A stretch of 64,000 nucleotides of DNA from positions 99,515 to 163,514 of the forward strand of contig JBHLQH010000006.1 in the NCBI GenBank assembly GCA_048884965.1. The letters run 5' to 3'. The translations under genes were made by a program, and so were the position numbers. Position 1 is the stretch's first letter; the number at the start of each line of letters is the position of its first letter. A model generated the notes under the pieces. The model ran no database searches, was not told the origin of the DNA, and was given only the letters and a program-made list of their open reading frames with translations. The DNA is from Candidatus Thorarchaeota archaeon. Lineage in GTDB: Archaea; Asgardarchaeota; Thorarchaeia; Thorarchaeales; Thorarchaeaceae. Positions 17,623 to 26,771 of this stretch are shown here, piece after piece.

Positions 17623-18240
17623 CTACCTCTGCGTCCTCTTGCACATCACGACACCAAAGATCACTAGCATGACTGCGACTATTGGATTAAGCGTGTACAT
17701 CAAGAATGTCCAAAGCTCTACTCGTTCCTGCTCAGGATCCACTGTGGTTGTAGTAGTAGTTGATGTAGGGGGAGTAAATGTTGTATCAGTATTCTCCTCT
17801 ACGGTGATACTGACCTCTACACTAGCGGAAAGTTGCTCTCCTGCTGCAACCCAAACCTTGATTGTGAAGGTGCCAGCTGCAAGAGGTGTAATCGATATCT
17901 CTGCGCTGATCTCGCCCGGATTTGAGTCGTCATCACCAGTACCGTCATCTTCTACCTGTGTAAGTGAGAACAAGAACTGATCATTGTCAGCCCAAGCGCT
18001 TACAATCTTCAGGTCGGCAACTCCGTTTCCTCCATCAAAAATGAGGGTAAATGGAACGCCTACTGTTGCATCTACTGTTCCTGTCGCATTCGATGAAAGC
18101 GTCAGGACACTTTGATTTGTGTGACAGTCACCGCACTCAGTGTTGCTTGTTGGAAAGCCGAGTGCCTGTGTTCCGCCAGCCACAATGATTGCTAGAAAGC
18201 AAGTTACAAGTAACAACTTTTTCGCAAGCTTTGGTTTCAA
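17623..18240 (-). CDS. Membrane-anchored monoheme cytochrome c with beta-sandwich domain
   Basis: Signal peptide ending ALG, then FPTSNTE-CGDCH, a beta-rich domain, Thr-rich linker and C-terminal TM. Confidence 0.78.
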   Translation of the reverse strand: MKPKLAKKLLLVTCFLAIIVAGGTQALGFPTSNTECGDCHTNQSVLTLSSNATGTVDATVGVPFTLIFDGGNGVADLKIVSAWADNDQFLFSLTQVEDDGTGDDDSNPGEISAEISITPLAAGTFTIKVWVAAGEQLSASVEVSITVEENTDTTFTPPTSTTTTTTVDPEQERVELWTFLMYTLNPIVAVMLVIFGVVMCKRTQR

Positions 18241-18367
18241 ATTGGGAACTCCTTTTCTTTCTAAACAATGTTAACCTCACAAAATAGTGAGCGATAACTC
18301 AGTTTTGTTTTCAGCTGGAAATTATATTTGGGTATTTTAGTGTGTTGGTACAGAAATGTTTTTGCTA

Positions 18368-20077
18368 CTACCTTCTAAAAAGGTGTCTGATTATTCGTAA
18401 AGCTGGAATACCGATCCGCAATGCTTGTCGGAGTGTCAATGATTTCATGAAGATAAACCCGAAAACGCCTCCAACCAATGAGATGAGGAATGCTGGAGGT
18501 ATATTGGAATCTCCTGACCAAAGTAGTATATCGAGGAATTCGAAGCCTGGAATTATTGGTGCAACTATTTGGGCCGCGATTGCAGCCAAGTATCCAAGAA
18601 TGAACCCGAGACTAAGTGATTTGTTTTTGGCTACAACTCTTCCACCAAAGACCTTCAAAGGATTCATCAGGTTCCTTGGGTCGATTTGAGACTTGATTTT
18701 CTTTAAAGCTGCTTTTTGCTTTTTCCCATAGAATTCATCTGCATAGGGTACATTCCATAGGGCGACAGCGTAAGGCAAGCCATCGAATTTTGCTGCGGTT
18801 GATGCCACATCAAAGGACCTATGCCATCCAAGGGTGTATGAGAGTTTCTTCCTTTCATCATCCAGAATCCATACAAGGAATGAAGTTGTTTTGTCATTGC
18901 TAACGGTGCCCTCTATCGCAATGGCCTCCATTCCTATCGAGTCGACTATCTTCTTATGGAGCCCAGGAAGCTGATTAATGGGAATAATAACCTCTGCAGG
19001 TACCAAGCTAGGTCCCAGCGTTTTGATACGGAGAGGATAGAGTCTTTCATCCCAATGGTACTGAGCCCGCTTTTCACCTGTTATCCCACCCTTATGAGCT
19101 TCGACGATTCTCTTTACCATATCAAGGTCCTCATCTATCTGATAGAATGTATCAAGGAATGCACATGTAAGAATGAATTTGCCATACTCATCGATAGAGC
19201 TCCTGGGAGAAAACCTTTTTGTTGTATATGTATCGGTAATAAAACGCATATAGTATGGCTGGGTTTCTTTGCTGAGGTCTATGATTGCACATGTGAGACT
19301 TTCTATATCATCGAATATGCATACCACTGTTCTAAGTACTAATTTTGGAATCACTCTTAGAGTGATACGAGTAATGATACCAAATGTGCCAAACAATCCG
19401 AGAAAGAGGTCCATTGGCTCAGGTTTCTCATCTTCGGGCAGTTTTTGAAGTACCTCTTGAAGGTACTTGTTCCCTTGGTCTGCAATATTCTCAAGGCCAT
19501 CGTTTTCTCTTAATGCGAACTCTCCGAGTCTCACTAGCATACCATTGGGAATGACTCCTTCTATGCCTGCAACTTGGGTTCTAATATCCCCATATCTCGC
19601 TGATCCAATACCCACACCTCCACTGGCTGCAAAACCTCCAATCGTTGCAGCTGAAGCGCTTGAGGGATAGACCGGAAGAGTAAGCCCAATTTGCTCCAAG
19701 AAAACCAAGAGTTCTTTCCATGTCATCCCAGCTTCGACTGTGACAAGCATTCTATACTCATCGATATGAACGAATTTCGACATATGCAATGTGCTTATGC
19801 AAATTCCACCATGAGTTGGTAGAGCGCCTCCCCATCCGGATGTTCCACTTCCTCGGGGTACTATAGGAATTCTATGTTCAAAGGCGTATTTGACAAGTTT
19901 CGTAAGTGAGCTGATTGTTTGCGGTTGAGTGATAATCTTGAATTGATTGTCAATAATCTGGAATGCCAAGCTCGGAAGAGCTGCGATGTCACGTGAATAC
20001 AGCCTTGTTGTTTCCTCTTGGACTGATACATTATCAGCTCCGACAATGTCTTCGATATTTTGGAGGTGTGCTTTCAT
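18368..20077 (-). CDS. FAD-binding oxidoreductase (GlcD/Dld-like) with C-terminal membrane hairpin, paralog 2
   Basis: PRGSGTSGWGGA, YPSSASAATIGG, RIKTLGPSLVPAE and DPRNLMNP motifs, plus two C-terminal TMs. Confidence 0.88.
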   Translation of the reverse strand: MKAHLQNIEDIVGADNVSVQEETTRLYSRDIAALPSLAFQIIDNQFKIITQPQTISSLTKLVKYAFEHRIPIVPRGSGTSGWGGALPTHGGICISTLHMSKFVHIDEYRMLVTVEAGMTWKELLVFLEQIGLTLPVYPSSASAATIGGFAASGGVGIGSARYGDIRTQVAGIEGVIPNGMLVRLGEFALRENDGLENIADQGNKYLQEVLQKLPEDEKPEPMDLFLGLFGTFGIITRITLRVIPKLVLRTVVCIFDDIESLTCAIIDLSKETQPYYMRFITDTYTTKRFSPRSSIDEYGKFILTCAFLDTFYQIDEDLDMVKRIVEAHKGGITGEKRAQYHWDERLYPLRIKTLGPSLVPAEVIIPINQLPGLHKKIVDSIGMEAIAIEGTVSNDKTTSFLVWILDDERKKLSYTLGWHRSFDVASTAAKFDGLPYAVALWNVPYADEFYGKKQKAALKKIKSQIDPRNLMNPLKVFGGRVVAKNKSLSLGFILGYLAAIAAQIVAPIIPGFEFLDILLWSGDSNIPPAFLISLVGGVFGFIFMKSLTLRQALRIGIPALRIIRHLFRR

Positions 20078-21270
20078 TTCTCCTCCCCCATCTTCTTTTC
20101 TTCCAAGGATTCAGCGACTAGCTCAGTAATGTCTTGCACTTGGAGAGAATAATGCATTGTTTGCGTCGCGGTATCTAGAGCTTGAACACATCTTGGGCAT
20201 TCAGTAACTAATCTTGAGGCTGGAGTAACTGATGCATCCCTGAGACGCATCTCTGCAATCTGGGATGATAGGAAGGGGTCTGCAATATTTAACATCCCGT
20301 GCCATCCGCAGCATCTGGTTTCTTTCCCAGAATGAGCCATCTCTACTTTATAGACCCCTGGTATCCGATCAATTATTTCTCTTGGTTGATTATGAATGTT
20401 TAACCTTCGAGCTGATATACAAGGATCATGATATGTTACAGTAACCATCGGCTGTTCTCTCAATCTCAGCAAGTTCTTCTCTATCAACGATCGGATGAAT
20501 TGTGATGAGGTCAATAATTTGAATTTGTTAGTAATTGGTTCGCCGAGAATACCAGAGTATGTATTGTACCAAGTACTAATGCATGATGGACAGCTGAACA
20601 CGACCTTTTCTATTCCAAGCTCTTCCAGGAGTGAGATGTTCTTTTCTGCTATGAGCGGAGCATTCTCTCTATCTCCACCCCATAATAATGGAGCACCACA
20701 GCATCCTTCCCTCTTCCCTAGTAATGTATAATCCACCCCCGAATGCTCCAAAATCTTGACCATAGAACGAGCAATCCCTCCCAGTTGTGGTTTAAGAGAA
20801 ACATCACATCCAAGTAGGTATGCTGTTTTTGATGGAGCTTCTATTCGTGAAGACACATCGATCTCAAAATTATCAGTCCATTCCATTCGTGCCACAGAGC
20901 CCATTGCAAAGGGGTCTCCATATTTAACAACGGATTCACAAGCGAATTTGACTGAAGGAGGAATCATTCCTCTTTCCCACGCTTCAGCTCTAGCGAATTC
21001 CCAGAATCTATCCAAGCTTAGGCTTGTAGTGCATACATGTGAGCAATACTCGCAGAGGGAGCACATGAAGAGCTTCCTCACATACTCCTCATCAAGGTCT
21101 GCCTTTCCCTCCATGATATCCTTGGTCACTTGGATTCTTCCTCGAGGACCGTAGGATTCCCACTTCAATTGGCGAAAAGTGGGGCACACCATCGTGCAGT
21201 TGCCACATGATGCACAGATATACGGATCCTCTCCATGACCCATGGCATCAATAATTCTAAGCCGTGACAT
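20074..21270 (-). CDS. (Fe-S)-binding CCG-domain protein (GlcF/HdrD-like), paralog 2
   Basis: CASCGNCTMVCP, CSLCEYCSHVC, CCGAP, CPSC, HDPC, CCGWHG and CPRC. Overlaps the downstream FAD gene by 4 nt (ATGA). Confidence 0.92.
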   Translation of the reverse strand: MSRLRIIDAMGHGEDPYICASCGNCTMVCPTFRQLKWESYGPRGRIQVTKDIMEGKADLDEEYVRKLFMCSLCEYCSHVCTTSLSLDRFWEFARAEAWERGMIPPSVKFACESVVKYGDPFAMGSVARMEWTDNFEIDVSSRIEAPSKTAYLLGCDVSLKPQLGGIARSMVKILEHSGVDYTLLGKREGCCGAPLLWGGDRENAPLIAEKNISLLEELGIEKVVFSCPSCISTWYNTYSGILGEPITNKFKLLTSSQFIRSLIEKNLLRLREQPMVTVTYHDPCISARRLNIHNQPREIIDRIPGVYKVEMAHSGKETRCCGWHGMLNIADPFLSSQIAEMRLRDASVTPASRLVTECPRCVQALDTATQTMHYSLQVQDITELVAESLEEKKMGEEK

Positions 21271-21362
21271 ATCTGAACCTCAAAGTATCTGACAAAATTC
21301 CAAATAGAAGAGTGATGTCAGCGGCAGAATATTTGTCGCTGACATTCTTAGTGTTTTGGTCT

Positions 21363-22688
21363 TCAGGCAAAATCATGTGTCATCTCTTGAGCACATGCTA
21401 TGCCAGACTTTGATGCTGCCTCCATCGAGGCATAATACTTGCCGCAGTTTGCAAAAGAACCAGCAACATATAGTCCTTCGATACCCGTTCTATTAGTTCT
21501 CAACCGCTGATCCATAATTCCTGGTGGTTGTGATAGAACAGATCGCCATATCTTCCAGCTCTTTTTCCAAGTGACCTTCTCTTCTATCCCTGGCACGAGT
21601 TCCTTAAGCTCCTCCAAGATAGCTGCTGTAGCTTCTTCATTCTCCATCTTCAAGAGTTCCTTATCAATGGATGTTACTGTTAGAAGGGATTCACCGATTG
21701 GTGCCAACACCCCTGAAACGCGTTTCGCCTCAGCAATGATGTGTATCTTCTTTCCAGGAATGAAACCGCCAACATTGAAATCCAACACTCTGGCAGAAAG
21801 TCCAAAGTATGCAACTACGGACGGTCTGTAGCTGAATTTTCTAACAGCGGTTGTAAAGTCATTTGGTAGTTGGTTCATATCAACGAAGTTTGGCAGGAGA
21901 TCTATCGGTGTCGTTACGACTGCAGCATCGGTTTCGACATAGTGCTCTTTACCATCCTGAGTGTATTCGATTCCCTTGACTTTTTCATCTTCGATGACGA
22001 TCTTTTTCACATCGCAATTGACCTTTGGCTCGATTGCGAAATTCCTTGCCTGGAGCATGAGAGTATATGGAACGCTACCAAGTCCGCCTCTTTCAGGATA
22101 CATCGCTTTGAACCCGTCTTCGTATGCGAATCTGAGCTGTTCGGAATAGAGATATTGTCCAGCAGATACCTCTGCGGGGTCCATGAATGTAACGGTACGA
22201 ATGAGCGGGTCGTAGAAATTAGAGAGAATATCCTCAGGTATCTTCTCTTCTGCATATTCAGCAAATGTCATCTTATCGAGATCGAGAAAATCAGCTTCTG
22301 TTCTTTTTAGATTCTCTTTGACAAGATCCCCCAGTTTCTTTCTATCTCCCAGACCTAGGAGATTGAATCGAGCTTGATCGATAATTGATTGAGTGAGTAA
22401 ATATCGCTCTCCACCTTTGAGCCATACCGCACCCTCTCCGACCGTAGTCATTCGTACTCCACTCCGTTCAAGGATTGGAATTAATGACTTGAAACCTCCA
22501 ACAAAGAAGTGCAAGCCTTGGTCAAAGACATACCCAGATTCGGTAAAGGATCTGGCTCTGCCACCTACAGTAGATTCCTTCTCAAGGATCTGGCATCGCG
22601 CTTTCAAGCCCTTCAGTTCTAGGGCACAGGAGAAGCCTGCGATACCGGCTCCAACTATTACAACTCTTGTTCCTTTTTTCTCACTCAT
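21363..22688 (-). CDS. FAD-dependent oxidoreductase, HemY/protoporphyrinogen oxidase-phytoene desaturase-amine oxidase superfamily
   Basis: VVIVGAGIAG, EKESTVGGRARS, FDQGLH and GLYVAGS...SMEAA..SG. ATG 22688 follows a GAGGTG SD. Confidence 0.85.
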   Translation of the reverse strand: MSEKKGTRVVIVGAGIAGFSCALELKGLKARCQILEKESTVGGRARSFTESGYVFDQGLHFFVGGFKSLIPILERSGVRMTTVGEGAVWLKGGERYLLTQSIIDQARFNLLGLGDRKKLGDLVKENLKRTEADFLDLDKMTFAEYAEEKIPEDILSNFYDPLIRTVTFMDPAEVSAGQYLYSEQLRFAYEDGFKAMYPERGGLGSVPYTLMLQARNFAIEPKVNCDVKKIVIEDEKVKGIEYTQDGKEHYVETDAAVVTTPIDLLPNFVDMNQLPNDFTTAVRKFSYRPSVVAYFGLSARVLDFNVGGFIPGKKIHIIAEAKRVSGVLAPIGESLLTVTSIDKELLKMENEEATAAILEELKELVPGIEEKVTWKKSWKIWRSVLSQPPGIMDQRLRTNRTGIEGLYVAGSFANCGKYYASMEAASKSGIACAQEMTHDFA

Positions 22689-22725
22689 TCGTGACACCTC
22701 ATTCTCAGAATTTCCATTAATCTAT

Positions 22726-23862
22726 TCACTCCTCAACCAATGAAGATTGTGCTAGATCAAGGATCAGCTCATCAAGCTGGATGACCTCAAGGTCAGTTCC
22801 TCGAGCACAATAGCTCAAGTTCTTGAAGCATGAAACACAGGTCGTGATTAGCCCATCAACTCCTAGTTCTACTGCCTCAGCTACTCTCTTCTTCCCTATA
22901 GACTCAGAAAGATCTGGGTCTATAACGCTTACAAAACCCCCGCAGCAATTTGAGTTCTCGCGGTTGTTAGCCATCTCGACAAACTCAAGACCGGGGATGG
23001 CTGTGATAATGTCTCTTGGTGCTTGGTATATCCCAAGGGCCCTGCCAAGGTGGCACGAATCATGGAAGGTATATCTTCCTTCCATACCCTTGAAAGTTAG
23101 GACACCATTCTTTGCCATGTCTGCAAGGACTTCCACAGTATGATGTATCTTGATATCAAAGTCCTTTATCACATGTGAATAATGTTCTGCTAACGTTCCA
23201 AAACATCCTCCACATCCAGTGATGATATGATCTACACCTGCCTTCTTGAACATTGCGTAATTCTTCTTGATGATGGCTTCGAATCCTTCATCATCTCCAG
23301 CCCAATAGTTCATTAGTCCACAGCAAACCTCACTTGGAACATAGCCCACGTTCACCTTCAGCTTCTTCATCATATCAGCTACCATCTCTGGCTGGTCTGG
23401 ATACCAATAAGAGCCCATGCATCCAGAGAAGATAGCGGTATTCGATTCCTCTGGAAGTTCAAGATCCTCTGCCCAAACGGTCCGTTCCTCAGCCTCGTAC
23501 CCAACGAATGGTGTGCCTTCCTTTGCTAGCCAATCGAGGACTTTGGTCAATCCTTCAGATCGAACTCCACCGGTGTTTATCATTGCTGCCTTAGCATCAT
23601 GCCAATACGTTGTTACTGGAACCCCCGCTGGGCAAACAGCTTCACACCTTCTGCAATCTGCGCAATAGAGTCTTTCAAGAAGCTCCTGTGGTGGTTTTGT
23701 TAGCATCTTCTCACCATAGGCTCTAAGGGCTCGCAGCTTACCCCCGGGGCTATCAAGCTCTGAGCCAAGTTCTCTATACATTGGACAAAAGTCTCGGCAA
23801 TAGTTACAAGAACCACATGCTCTGAGAACATCCATATTCAAATCTACTTTCACTTCTTTCAC
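22726..23862 (-). CDS. (Fe-S)-binding CCG-domain protein (GlcF/HdrD-like), paralog 3
   Basis: CGSCNYCRDFCP, CADCRRCEAVCP, FSGC, CCG, CGGC, HDSCHLGR, CCGG and CVSC. Confidence 0.92.
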   Translation of the reverse strand: MKEVKVDLNMDVLRACGSCNYCRDFCPMYRELGSELDSPGGKLRALRAYGEKMLTKPPQELLERLYCADCRRCEAVCPAGVPVTTYWHDAKAAMINTGGVRSEGLTKVLDWLAKEGTPFVGYEAEERTVWAEDLELPEESNTAIFSGCMGSYWYPDQPEMVADMMKKLKVNVGYVPSEVCCGLMNYWAGDDEGFEAIIKKNYAMFKKAGVDHIITGCGGCFGTLAEHYSHVIKDFDIKIHHTVEVLADMAKNGVLTFKGMEGRYTFHDSCHLGRALGIYQAPRDIITAIPGLEFVEMANNRENSNCCGGFVSVIDPDLSESIGKKRVAEAVELGVDGLITTCVSCFKNLSYCARGTDLEVIQLDELILDLAQSSLVEE

Positions 23863-25340
23863 CTCGCAAGAAACTTGGCAAGTCTTCTAAATGCAGTTGC
23901 CAAACCAAACAAGACATTGATTCTACCGTATGATGTCATACAAGATGTAATCCTGTCTGGGTTCATGATATTACTTGGATCCATAGTTCCCTTCGCTTGC
24001 TTCATTTGCTCGAATCTATCACGATATGCTTTCTTCATGTATATCGAATTCTGAAGTCCGATGGTGTATGGACCGCCTCCATATTTGATTGCCCTCTTCA
24101 TCATTTTATGGAGTATTCCCTTACTCGATATGAACTCGAGATATCTATCTGGATTGAGCATGGTCAAGAGTTCCAAACGCATCATGGACCCATAACCAAG
24201 CATCCCATACCAGAGAAGAGGATTCTTGTGAGTCTTTTTGGTCTTCTCATATGCAGTTAGGATATCAAAGACCCTATCTACCTCGACCCAAAGCTCTTGG
24301 AACATTAGTGTATGAGTATGCTCCTTTGGATTGAATTCACAATCATATCGGAGTTCCCATTCTTTTGCGGCATAGTCCTCTCCTACTGATGCTCCACCGC
24401 TAGTTGAGATTATATCAAAGATTTCTGCCACAGGAGCAGTATAAGCATCCTCTGCGTATGTCACTGTCATTACGTATCGTCCTTTTTCAAGAGGATTGCT
24501 ATAGCTCTGGAATTTACTATCAGCTATTTTGAGGTACAATGGTTTTGCCTCAAGCTTTGCGATCTGACTCATTGCATTGCATACCTGTTCAAGATAAGCA
24601 AAACCAAAACTCATTGTTCTCAGATTCGCTGGTTTTGGTCTGATTCTCAGCTTGGCTTCTACGATGACGCCAAGTATACCATAGGACCCATTGTAGAGAC
24701 CCAATTCGGGTCCTTGGATAGTCTGCATTCGACCATCGGGTTGAATAACCTTTACTTCTTCTAGGTTCTCCAGAAGCGTGCCATAATAGGGTGTTCCTAC
24801 TCCTGCTTTTCCACCACATCCTATCCACCCACCGATTACTGCAGATTTTGCACTGGTTGGGTAGATACCAAGCTCAAGCCCTTTCTTGTCAAGCTCAGTT
24901 TCGAGTTGCATGAAAGTGACTCCCGGCTCAACGCGGACATACATATCATTGGAGTCGTCAGATATCTCCAAGATGGCATTGAGTCGCTTCATATCAAGTG
25001 AAATGCCACCTCTTGAGGGACTAGAGGAACCAAGACAGCTTGAAGCTCCTCCTCTGGGAATTACTGGTAGCTTGTGTGAGCTAGCAATTGCGATGATATC
25101 CTTAACTTGATCAATATCGGTTACACGGACGACATAGTCTGCAAGGTATCTTCTCTTCCATCTATAATGAAATTGCGGCAAAGCAGATGGGTCGCCGCTG
25201 TAGACAATCCTTTCCAGCTCCATATCTGAAGCATTCTTTTCTCCAACGACTCCAACCAGTTTCTTGAGTACATCATCGCCTTCTTGAATGGCTTCTACCA
25301 CAACAACTGGTTCATCAGCTTTAGTTTCTGTTTCTGTCAT
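23859..25340 (-). CDS. FAD-binding oxidoreductase (GlcD/Dld-like), paralog 3
   Basis: PRGGASS, YPTSAKSAVIGGW, GSYGILGVI and DPSNIMNP motifs, with a short amphipathic C-tail. Confidence 0.87.
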   Translation of the reverse strand: MTETETKADEPVVVVEAIQEGDDVLKKLVGVVGEKNASDMELERIVYSGDPSALPQFHYRWKRRYLADYVVRVTDIDQVKDIIAIASSHKLPVIPRGGASSCLGSSSPSRGGISLDMKRLNAILEISDDSNDMYVRVEPGVTFMQLETELDKKGLELGIYPTSAKSAVIGGWIGCGGKAGVGTPYYGTLLENLEEVKVIQPDGRMQTIQGPELGLYNGSYGILGVIVEAKLRIRPKPANLRTMSFGFAYLEQVCNAMSQIAKLEAKPLYLKIADSKFQSYSNPLEKGRYVMTVTYAEDAYTAPVAEIFDIISTSGGASVGEDYAAKEWELRYDCEFNPKEHTHTLMFQELWVEVDRVFDILTAYEKTKKTHKNPLLWYGMLGYGSMMRLELLTMLNPDRYLEFISSKGILHKMMKRAIKYGGGPYTIGLQNSIYMKKAYRDRFEQMKQAKGTMDPSNIMNPDRITSCMTSYGRINVLFGLATAFRRLAKFLAR

Positions 25341-25341
25341 G

Positions 25342-26568
25342 TTATCCCATCCTGAAGTATAATCCTAGGTACATCCCTGTAAATCCAAGAATAGTCCATA
25401 ATACGACCGCCGGTAGTCCGAGGTTACACGTCTTCCATCCGCCTAGATGAGTAATGAATGCAAGAGTTCCTAGAATCATGCTGATGATGCCAAGCCAAAT
25501 GTGCCATGAATGCACGAACATGATGATGTTACCTGGATTGATAAGGTACTGAATGTCCATTGCAGTGAACACTGATGGGTCCTCGAAGAAGAGCCAGCAT
25601 ACATTGATCGATGTAAGTATGTAGGCCAATCCTAGCATGATACCATGTGCTCTAGTGTACTTCTCTTCATCATAGTACTCTAATGCAGTTCCGAGGTAGG
25701 CGAGCACAAGTGCTGGAGCTCCTAGTAGCCAACCATAATGAAGCTGTGGTGTTGGTTCTGGTGGAGGTATTGGAATATCTCCCACTCTGTAATCCAACTC
25801 CCAAGACACTGTTTCTTCTCCGGTATCATCACCCGCCACAACTCGATAGATGACATATGTATCATCAGGTTGGCCTGGTATCTCTCCGGAGTATAGTCCT
25901 GCATCAAGAGTCATTGAAACGTTTGTCCATGACGAGCCATTATTTACGGTATATTGTAATCGAACATATGATATCGTTGCAGTTTCGGAGGTAACATTTA
26001 CCACTACTAGAACAGGTTCATTATTCAGAGGAATCGAAGGTGTTCCATTAATCATGTTGATCGATGGCCCAGGTCCTGCTGGTAATGAAACAGTTACCGT
26101 AATGTCTGTATTGATTGAGAGTGGTGTGTGCTGAGCTCCATATACTCGAAGGGTGTATGTCCCTGGAGCGGTAGGAGCAGTGATTGTGTAATTCACTTCC
26201 ACTGCATCAGTAGCTGCATTCGTGTCTAATGGATCGCCATCCTCGACTCTTCCCTCCGCGTCCAATGATGCATAATCAAATTGATTATTATCAACTAAGG
26301 ATGATGGGAACTTCACTACGAGGGTGTTCTCTCCGCTTTCTCCTGTTACACTGATTACAACGCTAAATTGTTCTCCTATTTCCACGGTAACAGAGTTGGG
26401 GGATGCTGAGATACTCATTGACCCTGGACTATCATGGCATCCAGAGGCATCGCACGCCCCAGTTTGTCCTGGAAATCCCAAGACGGTTGTTGACGCTAGG
26501 AATAGGACCGCTGTTGCAATCGCGACGATTATTGCAATCCTAAATTGTTTCTTCACATCGGTCACCAA
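25342..26568 (-). CDS. Fusion of a putative monoheme c domain (CX4CH), an Ig-like domain and a His-rich 4-TM (cytochrome b/DUF420-like) domain
   Basis: Signal peptide ending VLG, then FPGQTGA-CDASGCH. N-domain is visibly homologous to 17623-18240. C-terminal TMs carry LHYGW, RAHGIM, VHSWHIWLG and ITHLG. Confidence 0.7.
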   Translation of the reverse strand: MVTDVKKQFRIAIIVAIATAVLFLASTTVLGFPGQTGACDASGCHDSPGSMSISASPNSVTVEIGEQFSVVISVTGESGENTLVVKFPSSLVDNNQFDYASLDAEGRVEDGDPLDTNAATDAVEVNYTITAPTAPGTYTLRVYGAQHTPLSINTDITVTVSLPAGPGPSINMINGTPSIPLNNEPVLVVVNVTSETATISYVRLQYTVNNGSSWTNVSMTLDAGLYSGEIPGQPDDTYVIYRVVAGDDTGEETVSWELDYRVGDIPIPPPEPTPQLHYGWLLGAPALVLAYLGTALEYYDEEKYTRAHGIMLGLAYILTSINVCWLFFEDPSVFTAMDIQYLINPGNIIMFVHSWHIWLGIISMILGTLAFITHLGGWKTCNLGLPAVVLWTILGFTGMYLGLYFRMG

Positions 26569-26597
26569 AGGCGAAGGTTGTGGTTACAAGTCGTGAG

Positions 26598-26626
26598 ATT
26601 ATCGGCCTTAAAATATTACCGATAAT
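26598..26626 (-). promoter_or_regulatory. Inverted repeat bracketing the probable TATA element of the redox cluster
   Basis: ATTATCGG-N13-CCGATAAT with an AT-rich spacer (minus strand TAATATTTTAAGG), about 30 nt upstream of the first gene. Confidence 0.5.
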
Positions 26627-26771
26627 AAGCTCAGAAATAAATTTGCACTAGCTAACTTACGTTGAGTAATATTAGCGAGGTTAAAAGGGATTTTTTGTAA
26701 CTATTCTCAATATTCGCATTCTGTTTAGCAATCTATTGATTGAGGGGTGATAGATAACCAAGCCACATTTT

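Noticed and set aside
14177-25340. Assigning glcD/glcF, dld or hdrD gene symbols
   Set aside because: Family membership is clear, but catalytic motifs differ and orthology cannot be shown by eye.
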